From the NCBI RefSeq assembly GCF_018977255.1, contig NW_024704760.1:9424001-9488000 (forward strand): a stretch of DNA of 64,000 nt, given 5' to 3'. Below are positions 12,623-26,406 of this stretch, piece by piece (the stretch's first letter is position 1; every line of letters starts with the position of its first letter). The translations under genes were made by a program, and so were the position numbers. The notes below the pieces were generated by a model, which saw only the letters and a program-made list of their open reading frames with translations, was not told the origin of the DNA and searched no databases. This DNA is from Callorhinchus milii. Taxonomy: Eukaryota.

Positions 12623-12912
12623 AAAACCTAAGGCAAGTTTCCTTGCTTCACATACCTCTGTTTACCTAGCAGTAAATTAAGAACCCAGTTATTAGTCGAT
12701 CGGCAGATTGCTTTCCAGGGATAAATAATCTCTCAAAAAACATTGGTCACTCAATCCATGGCTGTTTGTGGGACATTGCTGTGTCCAATTGGCTGCCGCG
12801 TTTTCCCCATAAAACACAGTCAATCCACTCTACAATCTATTCTGTGAAGCGCTTTGAGACGTCTCAACAACATGATAAGGCGCTGTATCAAATGCAAGGA
12901 TTATTATTATTA
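12623..12912 (+). mobile_element. tRNA-derived SINE, older long variant, 5' truncated
   Basis: cctaaggcaagtttcctt...cctctgtttacctagcagtaaatt segment, then Deu 3' block (gtttgtgggacattgctgtg) and (ATT)n tail. Confidence 0.8.
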
Positions 12913-14069
12913 AACTACTATTTATATGGATTCTCCCCCTGGAGTGGCTTCATTTATGGTAGATTATCAGCTGGTGATTGAGTTCTCCGCAGGACACCAC
13001 AGCTCCTGTTGGAATCCGTGCTCGCTCTGTGAGCTCCAGCGGTTTCTGGGCTGGACCGACAGCTGCTGAGCCTTGTCTCCAGCTCTGCTGTTTTGTCGCC
13101 TGCGTTTCACCTCCTCACTCCAAGGTCGTCCGCAACGGGAGAGAAAAAGGAGGGAGGGGGAAATGAGATAGAAAACTACTCACAAAGAGGGCCGGGGGGA
13201 ATAGAAAACCTCATGTTAATTAGACCACTTAACTGTAATGAACTGGAAATTTGTCTTAAAATTTAGATTGGGAAAATTCCCTCCTGTAATTTGGAAGCTT
13301 TTCACACAAAATACAGTCACTCCACTTTACAGTATGTCCTATGAAACACTTTGAGACGTCTCAATGATGTCATGAAGCTCTATATCAAATGCAAGGATTA
13401 TTATTATTAAGCTTCTTTTCCACAGCTTATTTTAAGAAATTGGTAGAAACAGATTACAAGTTATGACTAAACCTTTGAAGAATATTTCCAAAATTCTGCT
13501 CAACTATGAAAAGACTATGGTCCGAAGGTGGAGAAAGTGAGGCGGTTTGGGCTCTGGTGATATTAATTCCAGGACAAACCGTGTTACAGTCCTTGGAAAG
13601 CAACACTGGTGTCTTAGTACGAGACAACGACAGCGCAGGATTTTTTCTTCTTTCATAAAAACAATTAGACAAGGATTTTTAAAAAAAAAACTGTTTGTTC
13701 TGATGTGTGTAAACTATTTCTCATATTTTATGGGGAAAAGAATTGCATTTTTTGTTGACCTTTTTTCTCTGGATATAACCAAAGAACTTATAAAATCCTT
13801 CTAAATCAGGTTATCATAACATCAGCAGATAACGGCCAAATTCTCACTCATTGGCAGCGCTAAAGGTTACAGAGGCACGGCTGAGAGGAGACAGGAATGG
13901 AGAGAGTACCTCCAGCCACGGCCTTCCTTTATCCACTGTTACCATCTCTTGCCTGTGGTGACCCACTGACTCCAGTTAGTTGTCGAGTCTCTGTGCTTGT
14001 CTTGGTGTAGCTACGGATTGGCATAACTTCCTAACCAGTCAGTTTGGCATCTGTCAATTTTATATTGAC

Positions 14070-14393
14070 AGTCCTGTAGCTCAGTGGTTAGAGCACTCGC
14101 TTTGCAAGTGAGAGACCTGAGTTCAATTCCAGGCAGAGGGCGAAACCTTGGGCAAGTTTCCTTACTCCACACAGAGCCTAATAATAATCCCTCCAAAACC
14201 AAAAACAATAATAAATTGGTCATTTTCAATCAACGACTGTTTGTGGGACATTGCTGTGCGCAATTGGCTGCCGCGTTCGCCCACAAATATACAGTCAATT
14301 CACTTTACAGTGTGTTCTGTGAAGCGCTTTGGGACGTCCTCCCGACGTGAAAAGCGCTATATCAAATGCAAGGATTATTATTATTATTATTAT
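14070..14393 (+). mobile_element. Young tRNA-derived SINE (resembles the abundant Callorhinchus SINE2 family)
   Basis: A box tagctcagtgg, B box gagttcaattcc, tRNA-Ala(TGC)-like anticodon arm, Deu 3' block, L2-type stem-loop tail, (ATT)n; nearly identical to 26088-26406 and 31119-31446. Confidence 0.92.
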
Positions 14394-16244
14394 ATATATC
14401 CCCAACACTGAGATTTGGCTTAACTTCAAGCTCGGTTGTGATAATAATAAAAATAAATAATAATAATCCTTGCATTTGATATAGCGCCTTATCACGTTGT
14501 TGTGGTGTCTCAAAGCGCTTCACAGGATATACAATAAAGTGGATTGACTTTGTATTTTGTTGGCGAAACATGGGAGCCAGTTGTACTTCAGTTTAACGTC
14601 TCGACTGAAGGACGAGAAAGTGCCGATAGATTTGTGGACAAACTGGCTGAGACTCAAAAGACAATTCTCTTTATTTATGTCGCTGGCTCTCAGACAGACA
14701 GCTTCTCACCTGCTGTCGTTCACAACCCATACATTATAATTCTCCACTGGGTGCAAAATGTGATCCAATTTCAATGTGTAGAATGTTGTGGTTGGTCAAT
14801 AACATCTCAGGGCTGTGGGACTCCTCTGACCTCCATCAATGAGTCTGCACACCGTAGACAGCAAATACTGTCCAGTACCTGATGCCTCGTCCACTCTTGT
14901 TCAGAGGTCTTGAAGGGATCCAGCGAGCTGACAAAACAGTTTGACGATGAGTGGAAGCTAGGCTTTAGTTACTGAAGAGTAGATTGTAAGCAACAAAATG
15001 AGATGTTCCCTCCAGCCACTGGGCACTGGCGTTTGAATTATGTGTTTATTTCTTTGATGGGTTGTCAACAAGATCTGAAGCTTTGCCAGTCTTGAGGGCA
15101 GTTCTTATTTCTGTATCTATGTATTTTAGAGTTAGGTTAAATGTGGAACTGGAGAGAGAGAGAGACAGACAGAGAGCAATAGAGTGAGAGAGAATGGGCA
15201 GAGCGCAACAGCGAAAGCGAGAAACAGCGATGCAGTGCGAGACAGAGAGAGATGGAGACAGAAACACAGTAGTGAGAGGGAGCAGTGTGAGATTTTTGTT
15301 AATTGGGGCCTGGCAGAAGGATAATGATTGCCTCCTCCAGTCCTGTACGGTCCTCTACACCATGTTGGTGGCACAGCAAGTTCATATTATCAAAGCTCTG
15401 CCAGCTTCGAGCTCTGTCTGCTTGTGCCCAAACTGGTCGGGGTGTGTGTTTGGGCTAGCGCTGATAATTCCCACATGTTATTGAGATTAATATTACTAAT
15501 GCAAATGCAGACCCGTTTCTGCCCATAGGCCTGCTCCAGCACAGGCGTACAGCGATTATATCTCCCCATACTTGACACAGTGCATTCTCCGCTCTGGCAG
15601 TCACTTTGGTCATTCCTGGCTTCTCTCCGGAGAAGCTGTGGGAGAGAAAAAGGTCTGTGGAGTGCAACTGAACACAAGCCTTACACAGACACGGCCCAGG
15701 CAAGATGGGCTGAAAGGCTTTCTTAGTATGAAAGCTACACGTGCAGGCAGGCGGCACACAGGGCTCTGATACAACTTTCCTCAGTGTCTGCTTACAGCAG
15801 ACGACGGAGAGCGACACTGCTGTGCCGGGCCAGGCCTTGGGGGAGGGGAGGGGTGGGAGAGGCTGCCTGGCTGGGCCTCGGGGGAAGAGGCTGCTGTGCC
15901 GGGCATGGCAGGCTGTGCCTCGGGATGTACCATTCAGGCTCTGAGGATAATACTAACAAGCGAACACTCCTTTAAGAGTGAATTGATTCTGCTTCAGTTC
16001 TTGTTCCCCATTCAGTTACCAGGCATTTTCGTGGCTGATCAGAGCAAGCTGTTTGTCTGGCACTTTATAAACAAGCTATTTCTCTTTCTCTCGTTGCTAA
16101 GCAGTGCCAGTGGTGACTTTGTTTTGTCCTGTTGCCCTCAGAAGCATTAGCCTGGCTGGACGGCTTGTTATGTTTCTCTTAAAAAAAATATTCACGCCAA
16201 GTTTAGATCCTAAGGTTTTGATTTTGTAATTTTAAAATATGCAT

Positions 16245-16705
16245 TCTGTGTTTGACCCGTATAAAAACCTATTACCGTGCTTCACAGCATCCAGACTGAG
16301 AGTTCCACATATGTCTGCCACCTACACATGGAAATTTCCCTGTGTCTGGAATGGAAAGCGCACTCTCCCTGAAGGGACATATCCTGCTTACCTCATTCCA
16401 GAGAGTATAAAGGGGTACCGTCGGCAGGTACCAAGGCTTGGGGGACCGGAGTATGCGTTGGGGTAACTGTTGGAGTCTAATCAGCTAAAACTGCATAGCT
16501 TGCCATTGAGAGGACTGTTTGGCAAGCCTTTCCACTGCCTGCCAGCTATGGCCACTCTACCCGTCCATTAGGGCTTTGGCTTGCAAGGTTAACAGGAGCT
16601 GAGTGTTAGGATTCCCTGCCCCCAGTGACTGGTCTGCCCTTCTAGGTCCTTCTGGATGGGCAGGTTGGGCTGTGCTGTCATCAGCAGTGCCCCGGAATAC
16701 TCTGG
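16245..16705 (-). repeat. Family X repeat, longest copy
   Basis: Reverse complement is colinear with 775-1160 (gcaagccaaagccctaa; tctcaatggca.gctatg; ctctca.tctgg). Confidence 0.7.
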
Positions 16706-17340
16706 ACCCATCCTTCAGGAAACGGACTAGAGACCATCCCAGAGGGTGGGCTGAATTCTGACATCCTGTTGCCAGGGAGACCTCACTTACCTACCTACCC
16801 CCTCCACCCTCCCACCCCCCGGAGGATAGTCACTAGTTTGACTTGCCCCTTCTCTCTCTCTCTCTCCCCGCCCTGTCCTCTCCCCCTGCCCTCTCTTTCT
16901 CTCCCCTCTATATCGCAACCCCCTTGCTCTCTGGTGTAGGACAGAACTGTGGAGTTTTTTTGTCGTCCTCCCTGTCCGTGTCCTCCCCATTCTGTCCTTT
17001 TCCCCACGAAACTTGCTCCTGTTTGGAGTAAAACTCCAGCGTTCTTTCATTAAAGTCTGACAGAGTAAACTAAATAAAATTGTACATTTGAAGATTTATT
17101 TTGGCTCAGTCTGCCCTCCGCTTTTTATGTTTCGGTCCAAGGTTAATGCGATCCAGCCGTGCCCCTCATCTCCACTGGAATTTCCAGCCTCGCCACTCTG
17201 CTCGGCAATCACTCCTTCTTCGTAGCCCTTGAGCCAATGCAGCATTCTTGCTGATGTGATGTTTGCATTGTCGTCGACCCCATGTTTAATGGATGATCTG
17301 CGTGCTGGGCCCGTGATTATACATTATGCAGGTCATCGAT

Positions 17341-17680
17341 GTGAAGTCCTCTAGCGTAGTGGTTAGAGCACTCGCCTCATAAGCGAGAGGTCCCGGGTTC
17401 GATTTCCGGGCAGAGTAAAATCTTAGGCAAGTTTCTGTTTACTTAGCGGTAAGTAGGAACTCGATTGTTAGTTAATTGGCGGATCGCTTTCCGGGGGTAA
17501 TAATCCTTCCAAAAAATTTGGTCACTCAATCCACCACTGTTTGTGGAACACTGCTGTATGCAATTGGCTGACACGTTTCACACACAAAATACATATTCAA
17601 TCTTCTTTACAGTATATTCTGTAAAGTGCTTTGAGACCCTCAATGACTTGATAAGGCGCTATCAAATGCAAGGATTATTA
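17341..17680 (+). mobile_element. tRNA-derived SINE, older long variant with intact head
   Basis: tagcgtagtggttagagc...ggttcgatttcc head, tgtttacttagcggtaagtaggaac segment, Deu 3' block and tail. Confidence 0.85.
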
Positions 17681-20600
17681 ATGGACAATATGCATTTTCA
17701 TGCTGTGTCCGTGTTTAATGGCACTACTTTGAGTAACAAGGGGTCAGTCTTCAACTTGCTGACACTGTGATCAGTCCTCAGTCGTGGCTGAGGCCACAGT
17801 TCAGTGTGCTGAGCGGAGACGAGTTGTTTCTCCTCAGGGAGGTCAGTTCACGTCACCCCTTCCATGTAGCATCCCCCTGGATCATTACCAAGCAGCAGGT
17901 CTGGATGGAATAAAATAATCTTTGCACTTGATACAGCATGAAAGGTGTGATGTAAATGTTATCACTTCAACAGAGTGCTTTACTGTAAAGTATGTTTTAT
18001 AGGCGAATGCAGCAATCCACCAGATAAAATAGGTCATTCTCTGCGTGGCTGTTTGCGGGACAATTTCGCTGTCGTGTTCACTTACAATTTATACAGTCAC
18101 TACACTTGATAGGAAAAATTCTGAGAAACACTTTGAGCAATTTTGACAGCGTAGCCAGGCTCTCAGTATTTATTACATTGTTATTGGAATACTCCTCGCC
18201 GGTTGCTGAGAGCAGTTGTTTTGTCCCAGTGGTGGTGTCTATGGTGGGTATTAACAGGAACTTGAGGAGAGCTCAGACTCGCCTTGATGATGTTTCTGTA
18301 ATGAATCAGTCACAGAGTTGAAAGCTGCTCCTATGTCTCCAGGCCGTTTTAGAGGATCTGTCTGATGGAGTCCATGCTCCAGAGAGGTATAAAATACGAA
18401 CTCGTTATCTTCTGGAGGGAAAGCACTCGCCCAGCTATTCTAAATCTCCATCGATCATTAATAATATGGGATAGTGTAGAATGTAATTTGGGTTTCCCCA
18501 TTTGGTCTGTTGTGAGAGACACTGCCAGCAGGTTGGAGTCAAAGGTCTCGGCCGATCTGAAGGTCCAGTGTTAGTTACCTGCCCAGGCCTGCCCTCCCCA
18601 CCACCTCAGTGGCACTCTGTGAGACCCACTGCTTACTCATCAAACCAATGAGAAGCAAATGAGATGCACAAGCAATGCTATGGTGTGCTGGCCTTGGCTA
18701 AGCTAGGCAGGGATGGGATGGCCTGGGCTGGGCTGGCCTCTTCAGATTACTGCTGAGTGACCTTGTGAATGAATTGAAGATAGGATTGAGCTGTAGTGGT
18801 CCCACATTCCATTAGATCAGTGTCACTCCTGAAGACTGCTATGGGGAGGGGTGGGCGCTTGTTTATTGACATTGCTGCTGTGGGGTGGGAGGGTTTGGGG
18901 TGGTGGGGAGCAGAGGACAGCCAGGGCTTGCAAGAGTCAACACCGTCAGGATTAGGATGAGGGGACAAAGTGGTTTAATAATGTGCAGTTGACAAATAAC
19001 AAAGACAAAATAAGTCTCTCTCTGTCTGATATTAAATATTCCAGGCGCGAGTCAAGTGTGGAAAAGCTGGCGTCCACAGCAGCTTGTCTGATCTCCCACA
19101 CGTGAGCCAATGAATACTGATATTGCCACATGGATGGAGCCTCACTGACATTGGCTACAGGAATTGAACCTCTGAATAGGGCTGTTAGTCGTCCTCTTTG
19201 CACACTTTTACTGACGGCTGCTTCATGATTGTCCAATGCCAATATACAATTCAGTAATAATCCCTGCATTCGATATGACGCCTTATCATGTTTAAATGAT
19301 GGCCGAGCCTCCAGCCGCTTTGTCCCTGACCTCCGGTACTCTCTCCTGAAATCCTTCCTGCTCTCCCTTTCCCTCTCTGATTTTAAATCCTATCTGAAGC
19401 CCTCTCTGTTTGACCTATCACACTGTCATTCGGCCACCTCACCCTCAGTTTCCTGCCAATGTGGTCTCTCGCTCAGACCTTGAGATGTTTCCCAACGTGA
19501 ATAGTGCTGATTGAGTGCAATTTATTAATGTTATTGAACCTTCACAGACTAGGTGTAGGTGAATGTGTCACTTGATGTTGTGCTGGGAGGGCAGCAGAGT
19601 GGGTATTCTGGAGGGATGAGATCAATTGCCAGGCCATAGGTCTTCTTCATCCAAACCAGTTTTGTGAACTCCACCGGCTCCCAGGAGTTATACGTTCCTA
19701 CAAACAGCCGTGAATTAAATGACCAATTTGAGGGATTGTCGACCAGGACACCAGGAGAAAGAAACTCCCTTCTCTTTTCCAATAATTGTTGTGGGATTGT
19801 CAGCGTCCACCTGAACGGGTTGTAATGTCTCATCTGACAGATATCACCTCTGACGATGCCGCAATTTCCCCCACCCACCCCACCCCCCCCTCATCACCCC
19901 AACACTTGGGTGTCAGCCTGGACATTGATTCTTCTCAAACTTTGCATACACATTGCATTTTGTTACTCTTAGTTTTACATTAAAGTGGTTATAATTTCTG
20001 AATAGGTGGGTTTTTCGGAGGTGGGTGTTTGCCTTGAATTCCAGTCTCTAATTGAGTACTTGCCTAAGGGTTTGTGCATAGCACAGTAACCACACTTTGC
20101 ATTTCAGTACAAGAGACTTCGTACTGTCAAGGCCATTTGTTGGGAGATGATGAATGCGGTGTATTCCAGACATAGACATAGCCCGGAGACCACACTGTTT
20201 CCTGGCACACTGATGTACCCTTCTCACTCTGCCAGATAACTTGTAACCTTCCTCCTCCCCTGCTCCTCCTCCCTGCACCGTTTTTTAAAGAAAACGAATG
20301 TCTTTTCCAAGTCAAGTCAGACGGTCTTGCCTTCCGGCTTGCAAGCCAGAAATTCCAGCTTGTAAACAAACGGAGCGACATGAAACAGCCAAGATGGATC
20401 CACGCTTCCATTGTGCAGGGGATTTTTTAAAAAAGTGTTAGGGTCTTCACGCACAAGATTTCATTTGAAGGTTTTGCACCTTTCTTGTACTAATGAAAAA
20501 AAACTCCCTCTCACATTCGCACGTGTTGGCTAAAGGGGCAGGAGATTGAGAGGTTCTGTTCCCGACGTGCATGATATTGAAATAATATCATTTTTTTATA

Positions 20601-23116
20601 AGATATTCTTAGGGGTTTGTCAAGTGCCGAGTGCGCCCAGGATAAACACGATATCTCAGCGCTGACTGTTCCAAGCATTCCTCTGTGTGAACATGTCTGT
20701 ATGCTGCTGGTGAGTTGTGGCTTTTTCACACCAGTGCAGAAATTGTCATCATTCACTATGGTTGGTCAGAAGGTCTCTGTTTACACTTTTCAAATCATTC
20801 CATCTAATTTTGTTTGAGATGATCCTCATGTTTCTTTTCTTTTTCCTCCCACTACCTTCCAATCGTTTTTATGTCTCTGACCTCTGGAACTCCCTCCTTC
20901 CATCTCAACCCTTCCCCACTCTCTCTCTGTCTTTAAATCCAGCCTAAAAACCTCTCTCTTCAGCCACACCTAGGGTTGCCTCTCCCTGACTTGTCCTTTT
21001 TGAAGGGGGCAATGTTAATACAAGTTGTTGTTTATGTTTGTTAGTTTGCTCCGTGTCTCTGCCCCACCCATGGTGGTATGTGTTTCCCTGAGCACTGATC
21101 ATCTTGTGGCACTTCACTCACATGGTGGGCTGAGTCCTGTAGCAGTGATTCGAGGACTCGACTGGCAAGCGAGAGGACCCACAATAATTTGGTCACTCAA
21201 TTTTGTGACTATGGGCGGGATATTGCTGTGTGCAGTTGGCTGCCGCGTTTCACCCACAAAATACACAGTCCCTATTCTGTATTCACTGTACCGTATATTC
21301 TGTGAAGCGCTTTGAGACGTCTCAACGACGTGATTAGCAGCAATATGAAATGCAAGGATTATTATTATAGTGGGTGAGGGTCGGCAGGAGGTTGGCTTGT
21401 GGGAGGGAGTGGTGGACCCCAGGCCTGACTGCCCTTTGCTGACACACACACCAGCCTCTCCCGACTGCTCGCAGCACTGACTGGCCATCGTAATATCTCA
21501 TCCTCTGGCGTTCCGGCTGTGGTTGGTATTTCCATGCACTGACTGGGCAGCAAGCCTGGACCCTCCCTCAGTTTTGCGTTGACCAGGGAGCTTACTATCT
21601 GAGTTGTCTCGCTTGCTCTCTCTACGCTACACAGTGGAAAGCTGTAATCCACACCACAGGCTGAAACTGTTGGTTAATCTTTATTTTTATTTTCTTTGTA
21701 ATTGATTTTCCCAGAACAGAGTGAAGTGATGAGTTTCATCAGATTAGAGAAAGAGAGTCTCACTCACACAGACACACTCACTCAGACACACAGAGAGACA
21801 CGCGCACAGACACACACAGACACACAGACACAAACCCACACATACAAGTGGGACTGGTCCCAATTAGTGTGGATATTCGCCTCTCTTTGCACTGTACTCT
21901 TTGCCTGCAGACGTTTGGAGCAGACTTGCTGGATGAAGGTGCAGTCTCGTTCGTTTAGATTTTCAGATCTCTATCTTGTGTTGGGTTCAGGAGAGATACT
22001 GACGCGTAAAACGTGGAGATATTCATTCAATACAGAGCCAGCGAGCAGTGCAGGTTCTGGATGAACGATCTCCTTGTGCTGTGAGTTTCACCACATTGTT
22101 CTCTTTTGCCCTTTGATGCACAAAAGCACTGGGCTGTGCCAGGGGCCCGCACGCTCCAGTGAGCAGCGTGTTATAGTGGAGAGTGCGGAGCTGGCCCCAG
22201 TGTGGGGGGACTGACTGGCAATGAGTGGACCCCCTCCCCACAGTCCTGCCTAAGTGTAACCTCCACCGCCCCTCCGCCCCAAACTTCCCCTCTACAATGG
22301 CCGAGAGCATTGCCAGATGGTAATTCTCATACTTCCCACGAGCTGGTCAATGAGAAGCAGTGCCCACTCCCTGACCTGGTCAATGCACTGATACTGACAT
22401 CAACAGCGGAAAACCGAATTACCGGCAAAAGTGAATAATAAACTGGTTTCAATGTGGTTAATTCTGACGTGTCAGTCGTTTCTAATGCCTTGGCGAACTC
22501 TGTGTGTGTGTGTGTGTGTGTCTGTCTGGGGGGGTGTATATGTGTGTTTGTCTGTATTGTGTTATCTGTGTCTATTTCTGTCTGCCTCTGTCTGTCTCAG
22601 TCTCACTCTCTGTCCATCATACGTGGTTCTATTTTTGTGGATTGTTTTCATTCACTTAGTGGTGGTGGTGGTGGGGCTAGTCATAGGGTCTGGTGACGCG
22701 CTCAGTAAATCTATCTGGAGAACAGCTCATAGATACTTCCTTTCTGACTTTGGAACGAGTGAGTGGACAGATGGGAATATTGGAGTAATGTGGTGTTTTG
22801 GGTGATTTTTACAGTGAGCAAACTTGCAGCTTGGGGAAATAGTTTGTTTGCCAGCATTAACGGGAAAAGGACTGATCTGTTAAGTATCAAACCACAGTCT
22901 TGTGAAAAAGATAAATATTGCACCAAGTTCAGTGTAGCAAAATAGCAAAACATGGGCATCAGCTCCGACCTGACTGAAGTGTTTTGATGTGAGGCTGGAG
23001 ATCAGATTGGCCACCCAGCCTCTCAACACCAAGCGTGTCTCACATTCTACAATAGGTTATTGTAGTTAACACTACGTAATAACACTCCCTCTAACATCCC
23101 ATTCTTGCTCTTTCAG

Positions 23117-23239
23117 ATGTTGATGAATGTGTCGAGGGGACAGATAATTGTCACATTGATGCGATCTGTCAGAACACCCCAAAGTTCTACAAGTGCATCT
23201 GCAAGTCTGGCTACACCGGAAACGGCGAACAGTGTGAAG
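23117..23239 (+). CDS. SCUBE3: SCUBE3 coding exon, EGF-like Ca-binding repeat 1: (D)[40 protein letters not shown]
   Basis: Acceptor ttcttgctctttcag|AT, donor GAAG|gtgtgt; 123 nt, phase 1-1, six-Cys EGF spacing. Peptide closely matches recalled mammalian SCUBE3 EGF1 ([41 protein letters not shown]). Confidence 0.93.
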
Positions 23240-23289
23240 GTGTGTGTATGTGCTGACAATTATGGTCCAACCTGTCGTCCTCCATGGCT

Positions 23290-23540
23290 TTGCTCCTCCC
23301 TATTTCTGTGACCTGCTAACTCCATTCAGACCTGTCTGCTCCCTCCAGCCCGCAGGCTCCAACCTGCTTTACGTCTCCCGCCTGGCCCGTCTCACCCTGG
23401 GCAGTCAAGCCTTCAACCTTTCTGCCCCCACCCTTTAGAACTCCATCCCACATTCCCTTTGCCTTGTTCCCCCCCCCCCCCCCTTGCCTCCTTCAGATCT
23501 TCCTCTTCGACTGTGCTTTTGGTCACCCTCCTACCCTTCC
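23290..23540 (+). mobile_element. L2 3' fragment starting about 50 nt downstream of the EGF1 exon donor
   Basis: PPYFCDLLTP...AFNLSAPTL remnant homologous to the L2 C-terminus. Confidence 0.75.
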
Positions 23541-24029
23541 CTGTCCTCCACCCCTCCTGATCCCAACCTCCAGCTTGGGTCCAAATCCTTGACTGTCCAG
23601 GGCCTTGGGACATCCTTCCAACACGAAAAGCTGCAAATCCAAAGGCATGCAAATTTAATTTGTTATAGATTTGCTGGAAATTCTAGGTTCTCATTCATAC
23701 ACATTAATACCCAGCTCAGCCCAGGCTCCATATGATGTGATGTGATCCATCTATTCATCTGGAATTCTTTCCCTCTCTGCACTGGGAACAAAACTGCGGG
23801 TCAGAGTGTTCCCAACAGAACGTCCTGCCCGCGGGAAATACTTCCAGCAGGAAGTTCCTGTTTGGTTCTGTCGCCATGACTGATGGACAAAGTGTTGGCC
23901 TTTGCCTTGTGCAAGAGGAATGGAAACTCCAGTTGATCTCTTTGCCTGGCTGCGTCTCTCAGCTGCGTGTCTGAGTACGCCCTTTCCCACACGTCACAAT
24001 GTCTCGTACCCTCCTTTTCAACTGCATCT

Positions 24030-24341
24030 GGAGTCCTGTTGCTCAGTGGTTAGAGCATTCGCCTCACAAACGAGAGACCTGGGTTCGATTCCCAGCACGG
24101 CAAAATGTTGGGCAAGTTTCCTTACTCCACACTCCTGATAATAATCCCTCAAGAAAACAAACACAATAATAATTTGGTCACTTGGATCCACTTGTTTGTG
24201 GGACGCTGCTATGCGTAATTTGCTGCCGCATTTCGCCCACAAAAAATGCAGTCAATTCACTTTACAGTATTCTGTGAAGCGCTTTGAGACGTCTAGAAGA
24301 CGTGAAAAGCGCTATATCAAATTCAAGGATTATTATTATTA
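24030..24341 (+). mobile_element. tRNA-derived SINE, full length
   Basis: ggagtcctgttgctcagtggttagagc...ggttcgattccc head through aaggattattattatt tail. Confidence 0.9.
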
Positions 24342-24899
24342 AAGCTTCTTGCTGTTGGTGGAGGTTGCCCAGGTCTGTCTGTCTTTTGCTAAAAGTGGTC
24401 CTTTGTGTGTGAGCACAGGGAGCTATTTACCGAGGGAGGGGCACCACAGCCTGTCCTTGTCTGATCTCTACACACTACATTCCCAGTGTGTAGGGACCAG
24501 TCCCGTCCTTGTCTGATAATGATCCTTGTATTTGTTATAGCGTCTTATCACAGTTGTTGAGACATCAAAGCGCTTCACAGGATTTACTGCAAAGTATAGT
24601 GACTGTGCAACATCCTACAAATCTTCATGCACATCCTTCTCAGCAGAGTCTCCCCTAGTTTTCCCTCCACACAATATTCCCAGGGTGGATCACTGGACGT
24701 GAGAATGAAAGAGAAATGCCTTGAGCGTTCCGTAGAGCTCAGCTTTGTCTAGGATTCTGAGTGTGGTGAGAGGCATCTCATACCTCAATGCCTGGCACTG
24801 CTGAAAAGCATTACCTCTCGCTTCTAGTGAAATCTATGTCTGACTCCCAGGTCGCTTGACTGCAAATGACTTTGAATCTGAAATGTGTATTTACTGTAT

Positions 24900-25285
24900 T
24901 AATCTGGTTTAGTGGGCAGCACTCTCTGAAGCAGAAGGTTTTGTGTTCATGCCCTTCGTTGGGATTTTGAGCTTGCAGTCCAGGCTGACAGACCAGCACT
25001 AGGGGAGCGCTGCATTGTCAGAGATAAGCTAACATCTGTGCCTGTTCATGTGGACATTAAAGATCCCATGACAATATTCATGAAGAGAACGGAGGTTCTC
25101 TTGGTGTCCTGGCTAAATATCCCCCAAATAGAATTCCATTGCTTTTCGTGGGACATTGCTGTGTGCAAATTGAGTGCCATGTTTGGCTACAAAATACACT
25201 ACGTTTTACAGTAAATCCTGTGTTGCGCTTTGAGATGGCCTCCTGACCTGAAAGGTCAAATACAAGGATTATTAGGATTATTTTA
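24900..25285 (+). mobile_element. Deu-domain SINE, diverged
   Basis: gcgctgcattgtcagag...gtggacattaaagatcccatg...gtgtcctggc blocks. Confidence 0.7.
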
Positions 25286-26087
25286 TTATATTTCCTGTGT
25301 TTGTAGCAGGGGATTACACAGTCCTGGGAGAGGTGAACTAGTGTCTGTCTGGTTTGCTAAGTATTCAGCCCTCTTCCCCAGGTTAAATGCAGTATATTTA
25401 GCCTGTCCCAACTGACTGAATAGAGAGATTTCCTGGACTGTAATACAAAACGACCGCTTTCCAAGTCACCAGGTAACAACACTTCAGTGTTTTGTGTAGA
25501 AACATTACTGATGTCATTTCCTACACTCTGCACATGTGCACTACGCACAGGAAACACAACTTTGTGCAGGAAGTGGCATTAGAGGTGACCTGATGACCCA
25601 GAAGATGGCCATTAATTTCACATGAGGGTCATCACTTTAACACGGGGTATGAGTTATAACAACAACTTGCATTTATATTGTGCCCCTCGCGCAGGGTGGG
25701 TCCCAGAGCTCTTGACAGTGGCAGAGCCTGACACCGATCCAGGGGCTCGAGGAGTGACCATAAGCACAGTCAAAGAAAAGGAAGACTTTCAGGTGCGACC
25801 TGAAGATGCAGAAAGAGCGGGTGGAGAGATTGAGGGAGAGAGTTCCAAATGTGTTATAGATGTAGACCTTACACTGGCTCACCCAGCAGGCACTGTTTGA
25901 TTGAACAGTTACCATGTTTCTCATCATTACTAATAAGTTGATCTGACTGAGTGGTCATTCTAGTATGCTCTTATGTCTTGTATATCTCAACACAATGTAC
26001 ACTTACACAGTGTTCTCACATAGGAGAACATCTCGAAGGGCATCACAGCAACACCAAACAAGGTGGGAAACAGGGGAAGTGACTGAA

Positions 26088-26406
26088 TAATAATAATCCT
26101 TGCATTTGATATAGCGCTTTTCACGTCGGGAGGACGTCCCAAAGCACTTTACAGAATATACTGTAAGGTGAATTCACTGTATATTTGTGGGCGAATGCGG
26201 CAGCCAATTGCGCACAGCAATGTCCCACAAACAGTCGTAGATTGAAAATGACCAATTTATTATTGTTTTTGGTTTTTGGAGGGATTATTATTAGGCTCTG
26301 TGTGGAGTAAGGAAACTTGCCCAAGGTTACGCCCTCTGCCTGGAATTGAACTCAGGTCTCTCGCTTGCAAAGCGAGTGCTCTAACCACTGAGCTACAGGA
26401 CTCCAC
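26088..26406 (-). mobile_element. Young tRNA-derived SINE, full length, with 7-bp TSD GACTGAA
   Basis: Reverse complement of the 14070 and 31119 copies; gactgaa at 26081-26087 and 26407-26413. Confidence 0.93.

Noticed and set aside
14070-14145. tRNA-like sequences (also at 17341, 24030, 26330, 31119, 62498) as real tRNA genes
   Set aside because: They lack a paired acceptor stem, the anticodon varies between copies (TGC, CAC, CAT), and each continues into a SINE body.
14148-14411. Recurrent near-identical ORFs (MGKFPYSTQSL... also at 26121 and 31201) as a small gene family
   Set aside because: They are translations of the same young SINE with non-ATG starts.
21702-22064. ORF with a hydrophobic stretch as the SCUBE3 signal-peptide exon (also 22431-22805 and ATGs near 20380)
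   Set aside because: Built on CA/TG microsatellites or closed by early stops; no ATG, signal peptide and phase-1 donor combination found. Exon 1 is probably outside the window.
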